A program made the translations under genes and the position numbers. A stretch of DNA of 64,000 bases from Sedimentisphaerales bacterium (GTDB lineage Bacteria > Planctomycetota > Phycisphaerae > Sedimentisphaerales > Anaerobacaceae): NCBI GenBank assembly GCA_963708075.1, contig OY970194.1, forward strand, positions 448,001-512,000. The letters run 5' to 3'. Below, one piece after another: positions 1 to 10,558 of the stretch. The stretch's first letter is position 1. Each line of letters begins with the position of its first letter. Under the pieces are notes generated by a model. That model did no database searches, had not been told where the DNA came from, and saw only the letters and a program-made list of their open reading frames with translations.

Positions 1-613
1 CGCCGAGCAGGACTGCTCCCGGAGCGGGGACTTGATAGATCATGTTCGGGCCATCGAAGAAGTCCGGAGCGCCCGGACCCCACGTCTGTGCCGGGAACAG
101 GGGGGCTGAATCTGCGCCCGTTAGCGTCCACACAGACTGGAGAAACTGAATCCCGCCGCCATTGAATGTTGGCCTGAGTCCGTCGTATGAGCCGTTGTGC
201 GCCGGATTGGCGGACGAGAAGCCGTAGGCGACGATAGTGTACTGTCCGACTGTCAGCGACAGCGGGGTGCTCAACGGCTTGAACAGGTAGTTGCTCGCTG
301 CATCGAACACGCCCGGATCGGCGGCTGTGAAGCTCATCTGAGCAATCATGTTTTGCTGCCCGTCGAACAGGACGGTCGTGAGCGTATCCTCGCCGGCTAT
401 GCCATCCGCTCCGCTGTCGTACACGCCGAGTTCCAGGACTTCGACGCGCGGATCGACGACATTGAACGTCAATCCCACGCCGCTCCAGGCCTGGTTTCCC
501 CAGATCGTATCGGCGGTGTGCATGGGAGTAGGGACCGCGGTTGCCGACATTGGAAGAGCGGCCAGCAAGGCTGCGACTACCATCGCCCACATCTGCTTGG
601 TTAGCGTCTTCAT
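1..613 (-). CDS. PEP-CTERM-like (VPAPG) exosortase-sorted secreted protein, 3' end outside window
   Basis: Manual translation from ATG at 613: signal peptide MKTLTKQMWAMVVAALLAALPMSATA, then open frame to ...YQVPAPGAVLLG at the window edge; not in the ORF track because it has no stop. Confidence 0.8.
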   Translation of the reverse strand, partial: MKTLTKQMWAMVVAALLAALPMSATAVPTPMHTADTIWGNQAWSGVGLTFNVVDPRVEVLELGVYDSGADGIAGEDTLTTVLFDGQQNMIAQMSFTAADPGVFDAASNYLFKPLSTPLSLTVGQYTIVAYGFSSANPAHNGSYDGLRPTFNGGGIQFLQSVWTLTGADSAPLFPAQTWGPGAPDFFDGPNMIYQVPAPGAVLLG

Positions 614-709
614 CTTGTCCTCCCGACACGTAAGTGTCATTGAGAGAAGCGGTTCTGGTGTCCCCTTCAAGCAGCCTCCGAAGAGACACAGGTTTTCCCA
701 ACGTCAGGT

Positions 710-1093
710 TCATCGCACCTCAGACGAATGACAACACACATCCATTATCCCCCGGACGAAGCTTCTGTGATCGAGAGACTCCTGGGCGGCGGTCTTGTCC
801 GCGACGAACTGAAGAAGCTTGGATAGTCCCACCCGCCTGAAGATGGCCATGATACCGGGCGAGATAGAGTACAGGATCAGTTGCCGTCCCGTTGTGCTGA
901 GTAGCCGGTTCAGGATAATCAGGCCGCACATTGTCACCGAGGACATGGTCTCAACCCGTGTGAAGTCCACGATGACATGGCGGTTTGCCCTGGGGGTGGT
1001 CAGCCGTGCGGCGGTTTCCAACTCACTGCTCCGGTCCGGCTCCTGGGGCAGAGTGATAAGAAGGGCACTCTCAGAGAGGTTGTGAAGAGCCAT
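710..1093 (-). CDS. STAS-domain anti-sigma factor antagonist
   Basis: 127 aa; VIVDFTRVETMSS...GLIILNR...IFRRVGL matches the STAS pattern. Confidence 0.85.
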   Translation of the reverse strand: MALHNLSESALLITLPQEPDRSSELETAARLTTPRANRHVIVDFTRVETMSSVTMCGLIILNRLLSTTGRQLILYSISPGIMAIFRRVGLSKLLQFVADKTAAQESLDHRSFVRGIMDVCCHSSEVR

Positions 1094-1371
1094 GAGACAT
1101 CTTGATTCGAGTGAGCGGCATTATACCGCGCCCTGAAGGTCCGTCCGAACACCGTTACTTCGGATTGCCGCCCTCATGTAAAATATAACCCGGCTGATGT
1201 AAAATCCAAATTCACCCGGAGAAAAATGCCCATTTTCTGGGACGCCGGTTGCCTGAGTTCGGCCGGTTGGCCCTTGCGGCGGGATCGTTGCATCTCCGGT
1301 CTGCTGAGTCCCTCAGGGGATATGTGAAGGGCTGATTGCGAATTGGCGCAAGTCATCGCAGGAGAGAAGGA

Positions 1372-1445
1372 TGCGCCCGGCAAGATTCGAACTTGCGACC
1401 TCCGGTTTAGGAAACCGATGCTCTATCCTGCTGAGCTACGGGCGC
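1372..1445 (-). tRNA. tRNA-Arg (anticodon CCT)
   Basis: Reverse complement GCGCCCGTAGCTCAGCAGGATAGAGCATCGGTTTCCTAAACCGGAGGTCGCAAGTTCGAATCTTGCCGGGCGCA; cloverleaf with TTCGAAT T-loop, CCA not encoded. Confidence 0.95.
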
Positions 1446-1581
1446 AAAGGCTTATATGCAAAGCACTTATGCGTGCCCCCGTCCTGTTGCGGCAAGGGAC
1501 GCTCAAATGCTCCTTTGTCTACATTACCGCAAGCCGGCCGGGACTGCAAGCAGATTAGACGCGGAGTTTTGGATGCCTGCA

Positions 1582-4500
1582 TCACCAGCGGAAGAAGCGG
1601 TAGGGGTCATCCCATTCTTCGGACTCGTCCAGGTAGAATCCGTGTAGCCAGCGGCCGGGCTCGGTGCTTGCCGCCGGGGTGGAGAATCGGGTCAGCAGGG
1701 GCGTCTCACTGCCGGCTCCCAGGTTGCCGAGGAGCCGCGCCACGAGGAAACTGGTCCGCCGGAACGTTCGCTTGAGCCCAAAGTTATTGCGGTAGTCAAA
1801 CTGCCATGGGGCCAGTTGGCAAAAGACCACGTTGGCGTCCGAGGCGACGGCAAGCACGCCGTCACCAACGATTGCAGCGCCGCCGCCGACCAGGGGAACC
1901 GTGCGTGGATCGCGGCTGTGTACGTCCGCCGGCCCGATACCCGCCAGCGGTGAGTTCGCCTCCGGCGGCTCGAAATACGCGTTGATGTGCTCCGCCGGCT
2001 TCATCGAAACCTTGAAAGGCAGCATCGCACGGGCCTCTTCCTGGGGCAAGCCGATGGCCAGCACGTGGCCGCCCACCTTGAGAAACGCGCTGAACGGCGT
2101 CTCTGTGCGCTGAGAGGTCCCTGGCGCCCGGCCCTACGACCAGCACCTGGCTCGGCTTCAACTCCGCGCCGGTGTATGTGCCGAGCTGAAGCCCCGCCGC
2201 TTGGAGGTGCGCAGCGCCTGCCTGCTCGCCAGTGTAGAGGGCCTCTCGCCGTGGCGACGGCTTCCACTCGCTGACGTATTCGAGGAGATTCGCGGTCAAT
2301 ATCCGTGCCGCCGGGTCGGTTTCCGTCCGCCCGGTCACATCTATCTGGCAGAACAGTACCATCCCGTTGCCTTCGCGGTACTCCATGAGCGGGCTGTACT
2401 GCAGGCTGAATCCGCCGTCCACGATCGGCAGGAAGTCGCCATACGCAGGCTTTTCGATGAGGACCGATGCCACGTTGCCCCGGGATTGCCGCAGCGCCAC
2501 GCGCGGGTCACCGGGATGCCGCACCACGTCACCGTCGGCGCACCGTTGAACTTTGGGTTCAACTCATATTTCAATCGCGGCGGCAGAATCGTGGCCTCGC
2601 CGCGCCAGTCCCTCAGATGCTCCGTCGCAAGTCCGGCGAGGGCAGGATGATCCGGCACGCGGCAGAAGACCTGCCGCAGTCCGTACTCCGCCACGCGAAA
2701 GCCGAATCGCTTCTCCAGCACTTCCGGCGTCTGCTCGAATACGAGCACCTTGAGCCCCTCCCGCACGCGGCCGATGTCCGGCGCCGGCCCGTCCACAGTC
2801 AAGGCCGCCTTGCCGACAATGAGCACGTCATAAGCCGCCAGGTCCGCCTTTGCGTCAGCGGTGTCAGCATGGATGCCCATGCCTTGAGCAGTTCAACCGT
2901 CTCGCCCTTCGGGTCGAACACCGCCACTTTCCCCTCGATGTTTGGAGGGGACCGGCGGGGAAGGACATGAATCGTGAAGTCGTCTTCCTGGGTCTCACCT
3001 GTACCGAACACCGCCTTTATGCTCAGCTCGTACTGGCCGGGCTTGAGCGTCCCGGGCAGGTCGAAACGCATCGGTATCCGCGCCTGCTGGCCGGTCTCCG
3101 ACGGTGACCTTGCTCTGGCCGGCTATCGGCTGCGGGCAGGGCCAGCGACCACGAGCACTCGCAGCTCACCGGCTCGCGCGAGTTGTTGATCACGATGATC
3201 TGCTTTTCGACCGTCTCGCCGGCGAGGAAGTTGTGGTCCTTGCTGGTGAAGCGGGCGGGCTTGCCGGCGATGTAGGCCAGCAGCGGCCGGTTGTTGCGGA
3301 TCAGGGCCTGTGCCGCCGGCGGTGGGGACCCAGTCCGTGCGCTCGTAGGCCAGGTCCATCCGCTCGTATCGCTGCTCCTGGTAGTCGGGGCTGAAGCCCG
3401 GCCGCTGCAGGTTGTCCCAGTCCACCTGGACCAGCTCCCGGCGGTTCCTGTCCACGCCCGGCCGCAGCTTGACCAGAATGTGATGCTCCCAGGGCGAGTT
3501 CGCCGACACGCCCCAGGTGCGGAACGCCCGCCAGTTGTCCGTCAGAGTACATGGCGAACACCGGGTACCGCTCGTCGAAAGTCGCGTCGAGCCCACCTGG
3601 TGCGGGATAGTCCCAGCGATGCCAGAGCTTGCCGGCGCGGAACTGCTTCGCCTCCCAGCGCAGGTTCGCCTTCTCCGCCTCGCTGATCTGGAAGGCCGCG
3701 GTCGCCGAAGAACTGCGCGTTCCACTCCGCCAGGCAGAACTCCCACGGCACCACGGCGCTGCCGAACTCCCGCTTGCCCTTGTACCAGCCGCGGTACATC
3801 GTCCAGTCCCAGGTGAACGGCGCGCCGTATTCGCAGGTGAACACCGGCTTGACGCCCTGCGTCGCCCAGTGCTCGAACCAGTCGGACAGTCTCCTGGATC
3901 GGGACGAAGTTCGGGTAGAAGTTGATCGCGTGCATCGAGCCCAGGTTGCCCGAGGCGTGGTGATAGACGATGCGGCCGGGGTCCAGGCGCTTGACGATCG
4001 CCTCCGCCCGCAGGGCGAGCTTGACGTTCCTCATGGCCCACGTGTCGCGGGCGTCCTGGATGCCGTCGATCATGTCCGGGTTCATGTCCTCGTTGTAGCC
4101 CGTGGCGTTGTGGCTCATCGAGTACATCACGACGGACGGATGGTTCTGCGCCGCGCGGACGTAGAACTCCGCATGGCGGGCGTAGCCGTTGTTCCGGTCG
4201 GCGTCGGCGGCTTGCCAGTCGTAGTGGCTGAAATGCGGCTGCGAGAAGGAGACGAGCATCCCCACGTCATCGGCCGCCCGCAGGATCTCCGCGAAGCCCA
4301 GGTGCGAGCCGGGCTCGCAGCCGTAGTTGTGGGTGTAGACGAAGTTGATGCCGAAGCTCTTGAGCCGCTCGCAGGCTCTCGCGCGCGGCCTCGTAGGTGG
4401 CCAGCGCCGCGCCGATCTGGGCATTGTCCAGCGGCACGGCGCGAGAGGAAGATGCGGCGTGCCGTTGAGGTAGAAGTCCCGGCCGTCGATCCAGAACTCG

Positions 4501-5507
4501 CGGAACCCGAAGCGCATCGGTCCAGGCGGTGTCCAGCACGCTCGCCCCCGGCGTCCAGCAGCGAGACCTCCAGATCGTACATGTTCTCCGGCGTGTGGAT
4601 GTCCCAGAGCTTGTCGGGCATCCATTTCTCCGTGAACGCGATACGGCCCTCCTTGAGATCGCTCGCCACGGAACGGCCGGCTGGTGAACTCCTTGACGCT
4701 GCGGCCGTCCTTCAGTGACTCTGCGCGCGAAGGGCGTACTGCGCGTCCGCGGCGAGTCCCTCGACCGCCGCGTCGAACGTGATCTCCCGCTTGCGCACCG
4801 ACGTGTCCACCCTCACGTCGGCGATGCGCGGCCCGGACGGCGTGCTCGACCAGGTAGACATCGCCGCACAAGCCGCGCCGCGCCACGGAGCCCTTGACCT
4901 CCCGGGCCGAGGCGCTGTCGCGTGTAGGAGAGCATGACGCCCTTGAGCGGCATGGCGACCACGAGCAGGCTGAGCCTGTGCGTGTCGCCCGGCCGGCACA
5001 CCGAGGTGAGGTCCACCTCGCCTCCGGGAAACCGAACTTCGCCCGCCTTCGCGCCATCCACGTACACGACCGCATAGGAATTCAGGTACTCGACGGAGAG
5101 CGCGATGCGACGGCTCGGCCCAATCGGCGGGAATCGCGATCTCCCGCTCATACCAGGCCGCCGTGACGTCACTGAGCCTGCGGCTTGCCCAACTCGGGTG
5201 AGCGTAGACCGTCTGGCAGTCCTTCTGCATGTAGTCGGTGATGCCGGGCCAGCATCCGGGGACCTTGAAATAGCCCCAATTCGCCGCCGGGCACCTGTTC
5301 GCGACTGCGCCTCCGCGGGCTGCCATCGCCAGAGCCCGTTGATGCAGATCCGCTCGCGGGTCGGCGTCGGTTCTCATGGTACGCCTTGGACATATCCCAG
5401 ACCGCCCGGACACCCTCCGGCAGCGGTGTCTGCGCGAAGGTCGTGGCTGCCAGACACGCCGTGCAGACAACGATCAACATGCGGCATCGACCCATCTCTC
5501 GTTCCAT
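1582..5507 (-). pseudogene. Large secreted GH2-like glycoside hydrolase, broken by many frameshifts (pseudogene or sequence errors)
   Basis: Consecutive fragments in different frames: signal peptide, ICINGLW, AAWYEREI, FGFREFWIDGRDFYLNG, ADDVGML, NHPSVVMYSMSHN, C-terminus DDPYRFFRW. Confidence 0.75.
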
Positions 5508-5553
5508 AATCTCATCCTCCTGTCTGAGGGTTGAATTCACTCATCCGCCTCAA

Positions 5554-8500
5554 TCACGGATACCGCGGCGGGCACAGCGGCGTCTTGTCTTCTCGCAGCG
5601 AGGCTCGGCGGGTGTAGAGCGGCACCTTGGAGCCTTTGGGCTCAAGACCGAGCACGGTGCTGCCCTTCCAGCGGACCTGGTAGCGGACGCCGGCCGCGGT
5701 TTCGACGGTTTCATATTCCCTGAGCCGGAACAGGACATCGATTCTCTCACCGGCCCTGACGCCGGGAATGATCACGTAACGCCCATCCATCTCGGCGGGC
5801 GAAGACCGCTGCTGCACGCGCACGCTATTCGGGTCCGCCCCGTCGGGCAGGCGCAGCGCCAGCCGGGCCAGCGGCTGATGGGCGACCACGGCGGCATGGC
5901 CCTCATGGGGCAGCCAGCTCCATACCTGGGCGGCGATGGGCGTGCCGGACGTGAGTTGCGCTTCGGCTGGGCCGTGCACGGTACGATTGAATAGCAGGTG
6001 AATGCGCAGTTCCTTCCCGCCTGGGACGTCGCGCCATTCGGTTTGCGCGTTCCAGGCCAGCGCTAATCCCTGCACGCCGCCGCCGGCGCCACAGCCTTCG
6101 ATGTCATCATGGCCGATGAGATCGTTAGCAGTGCCCCAGCATTGGAAGGTGCCGCGGATCATACGGTCGATGCCGGCGTACGTGGCCCTGTCGGTGCGCG
6201 GCGTCTGCGGTGCGAGTGGGGCGAGGAAGTCAAGGTCCATGAACTGGCTTTCGAGAAGTTGATTGCGGAGGTGCCGGTCGATTTCGCCGAAGGGATCGCC
6301 AGCGCCTGCGCGATAGAGTACAAGGCCCAGGCGGATGCGTGACGCGATCGCGCAGGACTCGCAGATGTGGCCGCCGGACACGTCGGCGACCCAGCCATAC
6401 CGCGTCGTATGCGTGCGGCCGATCCAGTCATAGACTCGCCTGGCCCACGCGACCAACTCCGGGCGATCCGTGAGCCGGCCGAACTCGGCGATGCCCGCGG
6501 CCATGTCCATCGTCGAATGCAGATGTCCCCACCAGCCTTCGCCTTGCTCGACTTCGCCGTCGGGCTTGATGAAGCTGCTGACCTGTGTTGGATAGCGGAT
6601 CAGCTTCTCCAGGAAAGCGCGAGCGTCATCGCGTCCGGAGAGTTGCCAATACTCGACGAGCGGCAGGATCAGGCGCCCGCCGTACCAGGGCGGCGCATCT
6701 TTGCCTTTCGGCTCATCGACAAGTTGCCGGCCATCGAATTCGTATTTCGGGAAATAGACATAGTCGCCCCGATCCACGGCCAAACGCATCAGGCCATCCG
6801 CGTGACGGTCGAGCAGCCGGCGGGCTTGGGGCGAGCCGGTCTCACGGTGCCAGGCGAGCAGCCCGAGCATCGCGGTGGACTGGCTAAACAGACAGGCTCG
6901 GCGGGGCGTCCACTCCGTGCCCTGCGTGTAGCACAGGCCGTCGGCGGGATCGAACAGGCCCGCGAGATACGTGTGCAGGATGTTCTCTCGCGGGTCCATT
7001 GGAATGCCCGTCATGCGCCGGGCCATGATCAGCGCCTCGGTGTATCGGCCCGTCATGTCACCATCATCCCATTTCTCGTGTTCGGCTCGTGGCGGATTGG
7101 CGAACGGGTATATACGGAAGAACGGTTGGCCGCCGCGCTGCAGGTCCATTCTCGCCAGCATACTCATCGCGCCCAGGCGGGCCGCGTCCTGGAGCTCATA
7201 GGTGTCGGGGAACGCGAAGTCTGACGCGGTCAGGAATTGACGGACCGCAGGCTTCAGCCGATCCCGGTAAGTCGGCTCGCGTCCCTGCGACGGGCTGACG
7301 TCGACAACTGTGTCGCCTCTCCATTGGATTCGCCAGTTCTGGCCACCCGCCAGGACATTTTCCGTCAGCTCTCGCAGGGGGTAGCGCACGGAGACCCGCG
7401 TCTTGGCGGGCACGTGAGCCAGCACGACGTAGCTGTTCTCGTATTTCGCAGAGGCGGCCGTGTCGCCGACGAACACGGTGACATCTTCAGGCTTTACCCA
7501 TCGGGGCAGGCGCACGCGCACCGCGCCGGGGGATTGCGGAGTGATGTCAACCCGGCCTTCAAACGGGTGGTAGCTGACGATCCGGCCTGCCGGACCGCTC
7601 ATGCTCAAGGCGAAATTGACCGTCAAGCCCGATTCGTCGAACATCTGGATGGCACTCCACGCCAGGGCCAGGGCTCTCATGCCGCCATTGAGGCAGCAGC
7701 CTTCGACCGTGCCCACGTCTTCACCGCCGCGCGTGCCGAGGTGGCCGCCGGGCAGAGACTGGCTGTCGAAGCAGCCGAGCAGCAGGGGCGTGGGCGGCTG
7801 GGGCCCGCCGCTGTAGGCGCTGAGATCGCGAAATTGGGCTTCGACCACTTGGTTGCGGACGAACCGCTCCACATCATCAAGGTACTCCACGTGGCCGGTC
7901 GCGGCCAGTTCCAGGGCCAGCCGGATCGCACTGGAGATTGCGCATGTCTCGCAGGAGCCGTGCGTCGGGAACGTGGCGATCCAGCCGAACGATGTTGTGT
8001 TCGTGCGCTGCACCCAGTCATACGTGGCCCGGCAGCGGCGGACAGTCTGTTCGCGGTCGAGCGAGGACGAATTCCTCGCCGTGCGGACGCAGCCCGCGAG
8101 CGTTTCGAGCCAGGAATGGATGTGCCCCTCCCACGAGAGGGCCTTGGTGATCTCCCCGTTCGGGCCGAGCACGGGGTCGGTCATGGCCCAGCGTGTGAGC
8201 CCCTCGGCCAATGTCAGAGCGTCGTGGTAGCCGGTCAGCTCATAGAAGTGAATGATCGGCCAGATCTGGTAACCGGCGAGATGGCTGCCCGAAGCCTGCT
8301 CCAGCTTCACCGTTTCATCCACAAGCTGATCCCCTTGCCGCTCCATGCGTGCGAGTTGCCCGCTGATCAGCCGCTCGATTGCAGTACGGATCGCAGGGTC
8401 GCCCGAATCCTCAAACCACGCGAGCAGCCCGTATAGTGCACTGCCCTGGGAGAAGGAGTGGTCCACGGCCCCGGTGTTCGGGTCATGCACCAGGCCGTCG

Positions 8501-8910
8501 GGGCCGAGCAGCTTGAGCAGGTAGCGGCCCAATCGTCCCTCGGCCACGGAGAATTCCGGCCGGCACACGCCCATCCGGCGAGTGAGGATCAGCCCCTCCA
8601 GGTATCGCCCGGTCATGTCGCCGAGATCCCAACTCGCGTGCTCCGGCGTTGTCGGCACGCCACCCTGACCTCTGAGCAGGAACCAGGGGCGGTAATCTTG
8701 TGCAGGGTCGAGCCGACGGACGATGGCTTGGGCGGCCAGAGCCATCGGCTCACCCAGATAGAGCGTCCTGCAGCCCGCGTGCTCGTTCGATTCGACCACG
8801 GTCTTTCGCTGGCCGGCACAACCGGCAAGGAGCATCGCAAGGGCCATGGTGAGCAGCAGATTCCATGGGGTCCGGTTTGCCGCGGTCTGTTTCGTCATAT
8901 CATCCCTCAC
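5554..8910 (-). CDS. Lipoprotein with two tandem GH127/GH146-like (beta-L-arabinofuranosidase-like) domains
   Basis: Lipobox LLAGC; duplicated motifs WDxGDMTGRY, GHxHS, CE(T/S)CAI, RNQxxExQF, EGC, RLP(RW/DG). Confidence 0.7.
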   Translation of the reverse strand: MRDDMTKQTAANRTPWNLLLTMALAMLLAGCAGQRKTVVESNEHAGCRTLYLGEPMALAAQAIVRRLDPAQDYRPWFLLRGQGGVPTTPEHASWDLGDMTGRYLEGLILTRRMGVCRPEFSVAEGRLGRYLLKLLGPDGLVHDPNTGAVDHSFSQGSALYGLLAWFEDSGDPAIRTAIERLISGQLARMERQGDQLVDETVKLEQASGSHLAGYQIWPIIHFYELTGYHDALTLAEGLTRWAMTDPVLGPNGEITKALSWEGHIHSWLETLAGCVRTARNSSSLDREQTVRRCRATYDWVQRTNTTSFGWIATFPTHGSCETCAISSAIRLALELAATGHVEYLDDVERFVRNQVVEAQFRDLSAYSGGPQPPTPLLLGCFDSQSLPGGHLGTRGGEDVGTVEGCCLNGGMRALALAWSAIQMFDESGLTVNFALSMSGPAGRIVSYHPFEGRVDITPQSPGAVRVRLPRWVKPEDVTVFVGDTAASAKYENSYVVLAHVPAKTRVSVRYPLRELTENVLAGGQNWRIQWRGDTVVDVSPSQGREPTYRDRLKPAVRQFLTASDFAFPDTYELQDAARLGAMSMLARMDLQRGGQPFFRIYPFANPPRAEHEKWDDGDMTGRYTEALIMARRMTGIPMDPRENILHTYLAGLFDPADGLCYTQGTEWTPRRACLFSQSTAMLGLLAWHRETGSPQARRLLDRHADGLMRLAVDRGDYVYFPKYEFDGRQLVDEPKGKDAPPWYGGRLILPLVEYWQLSGRDDARAFLEKLIRYPTQVSSFIKPDGEVEQGEGWWGHLHSTMDMAAGIAEFGRLTDRPELVAWARRVYDWIGRTHTTRYGWVADVSGGHICESCAIASRIRLGLVLYRAGAGDPFGEIDRHLRNQLLESQFMDLDFLAPLAPQTPRTDRATYAGIDRMIRGTFQCWGTANDLIGHDDIEGCGAGGGVQGLALAWNAQTEWRDVPGGKELRIHLLFNRTVHGPAEAQLTSGTPIAAQVWSWLPHEGHAAVVAHQPLARLALRLPDGADPNSVRVQQRSSPAEMDGRYVIIPGVRAGERIDVLFRLREYETVETAAGVRYQVRWKGSTVLGLEPKGSKVPLYTRRASLREDKTPLCPPRYP

Positions 8911-8962
8911 TTTGGCTCAGGCAGATCGACATCGTACCCGGTACGTTACTCGGCAAATCCCA

Positions 8963-10438
8963 TTACGTCAACCGCTCGGCGAGGAGGCTGCGGCGCATGT
9001 AGCTGATGACGCGAACGTTGAAGAATTCGTTCAACGGGAGACGTTCCCAGACCGCCACGACGATGGGATAGCTGCCGATCTGCCGCATGAAGGTGGTGTT
9101 GCCGTTGTGGACCTCGCTGCACAGGTCCTTCAGCACGGTCCCGATGGGGAAGAGCCTCTGGAGCATGGGAATGTCGATCTCCTGGCGGACTTTCTCGATC
9201 CAGGGGGTATAGTATTTCTGATTCCGGCGGAGGTATTTCTGGCCGGCCTGTTCATACAGTGCGGTCCCCGGGAACGGCACGACGCGGCGGATGTTGATCC
9301 GCCGGATGAGAAGTCCCTCGTCGAGGATGCGCTTCAGGGCGGCGAAATTCTTCTCCAGCGTCTGCTCGGTTTCGCCGGCCAGGCCGAGCAGGATGTTGAT
9401 CCCCGGTAGCAAGGCGTGACAGCCGTTCTCGCCTCGGAATCCGCCGATACGATTAACCGTACGGATTGCCTCGAATGCCATGTCGTAGGGGCAGTTGAGG
9501 TTGTTCGCCCGCGTGACCTCGGGGTCGAAGGATTCGATTCCCATGGCGGCAGTGCTGCCCGGCGTCAGGTACTTGACGAAAAGCTCTGTTCGCCGCTCGT
9601 CGATCATCTGGGGATTCGCATTGTCGATGTGCAAGACAGCGGGCTTGAGTGCCGCCACACCCGCGAGCATCGCCTCCAGTTTCTGAGGATCGCCGCCTTC
9701 GTAACTGTAGATGCACGACTGTTTGCCCAGCCGGAAGGCCCTGGCGCCGAGTGACATCAAAGTTCTCACTTCCTCGATGACCAGATCGCTCGTTCGCCAC
9801 TGGACCGTGTGTTTGAGCGGCTCGGTGCAGAACGAGCAGCCTGTTTGCCGGGGGCAGCCCCGCCCAGTCTCGATCTCAACGATTCGGTTCTCCATCCGGG
9901 GCATTTGCGAGATCAGGTGGGCGCCTTTGAGAGCATAAGGCTGAAGCTCCTCGTAGGTCTCGAACGCGAAAGGGCGCAGCTCGTCGAAATCTTCGGCCTG
10001 AGGCACTTGTGGGCGAGAGCCGCCGCGGAACTGCGTGCCGCCGGTCAGGACCGGGCCGGTCAGGACCTTGCGCATGGGGAACGATCCCAGCAACTTCCTG
10101 GCCTCTCGCGGCGTCCCCGGCCGGGCGCTGAGGTACTTGCCGGGCGTCTGCACGCCGATGATGAGGACCAGTTCCTCGGTGTTCTCCAGGACCCGCCGGA
10201 TTTCCTCGTAGCTGCGAGTGTGGTTGAGCACCTCAATGTGCGTCCGTCCCGCGGGTGGGTCGATCACGACCCTGGGGACCGATTCGACATATCGGACGAG
10301 TCGGATGTCATCGATCGTCAGATAGGTCGGCTCTTCTTCATACAATCCGGCCACGTAGCGGGGCCAGACCCCTACGAACGGCGGGACGCCTAGCCCCGCC
10401 GGCTCATCGGTATAACAATCCAGGATTGCCCTTGTCAT
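8963..10438 (-). CDS. Radical SAM protein, COG1031-like, with C-terminal TRAM-like region
   Basis: N-terminal DxYTDEPAGLGVPP; EIETGRGCPRQTGCSFC (Cx5Cx2C); RRINIRRV. Confidence 0.8.
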   Translation of the reverse strand: MTRAILDCYTDEPAGLGVPPFVGVWPRYVAGLYEEEPTYLTIDDIRLVRYVESVPRVVIDPPAGRTHIEVLNHTRSYEEIRRVLENTEELVLIIGVQTPGKYLSARPGTPREARKLLGSFPMRKVLTGPVLTGGTQFRGGSRPQVPQAEDFDELRPFAFETYEELQPYALKGAHLISQMPRMENRIVEIETGRGCPRQTGCSFCTEPLKHTVQWRTSDLVIEEVRTLMSLGARAFRLGKQSCIYSYEGGDPQKLEAMLAGVAALKPAVLHIDNANPQMIDERRTELFVKYLTPGSTAAMGIESFDPEVTRANNLNCPYDMAFEAIRTVNRIGGFRGENGCHALLPGINILLGLAGETEQTLEKNFAALKRILDEGLLIRRINIRRVVPFPGTALYEQAGQKYLRRNQKYYTPWIEKVRQEIDIPMLQRLFPIGTVLKDLCSEVHNGNTTFMRQIGSYPIVVAVWERLPLNEFFNVRVISYMRRSLLAERLT

Positions 10439-10545
10439 TTACTATTTACCATTTACGATTTACCATTTAGGATCGACGTTTGATCGTTACGGTTCTGGGC
10501 CACCCACCCGGCAGATTGTAAGTCGTAGACGGCAAATTGTAAATC
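10437..10545. repeat. Inverted pair of degenerate heptamer tandem repeats (ATTTACN / NGTAAAT)
   Basis: atttact-atttacc-atttacg-atttacc, then attgtaa-gtcgtag...attgtaaatc, between divergent genes. Confidence 0.7.
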
Positions 10546-10558
10546 CGGAGGGCTCGTT

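Noticed and set aside
1372..1445. tRNA-anchored integrative element
   Set aside because: No integrase and no duplicated tRNA 3' end seen in the window
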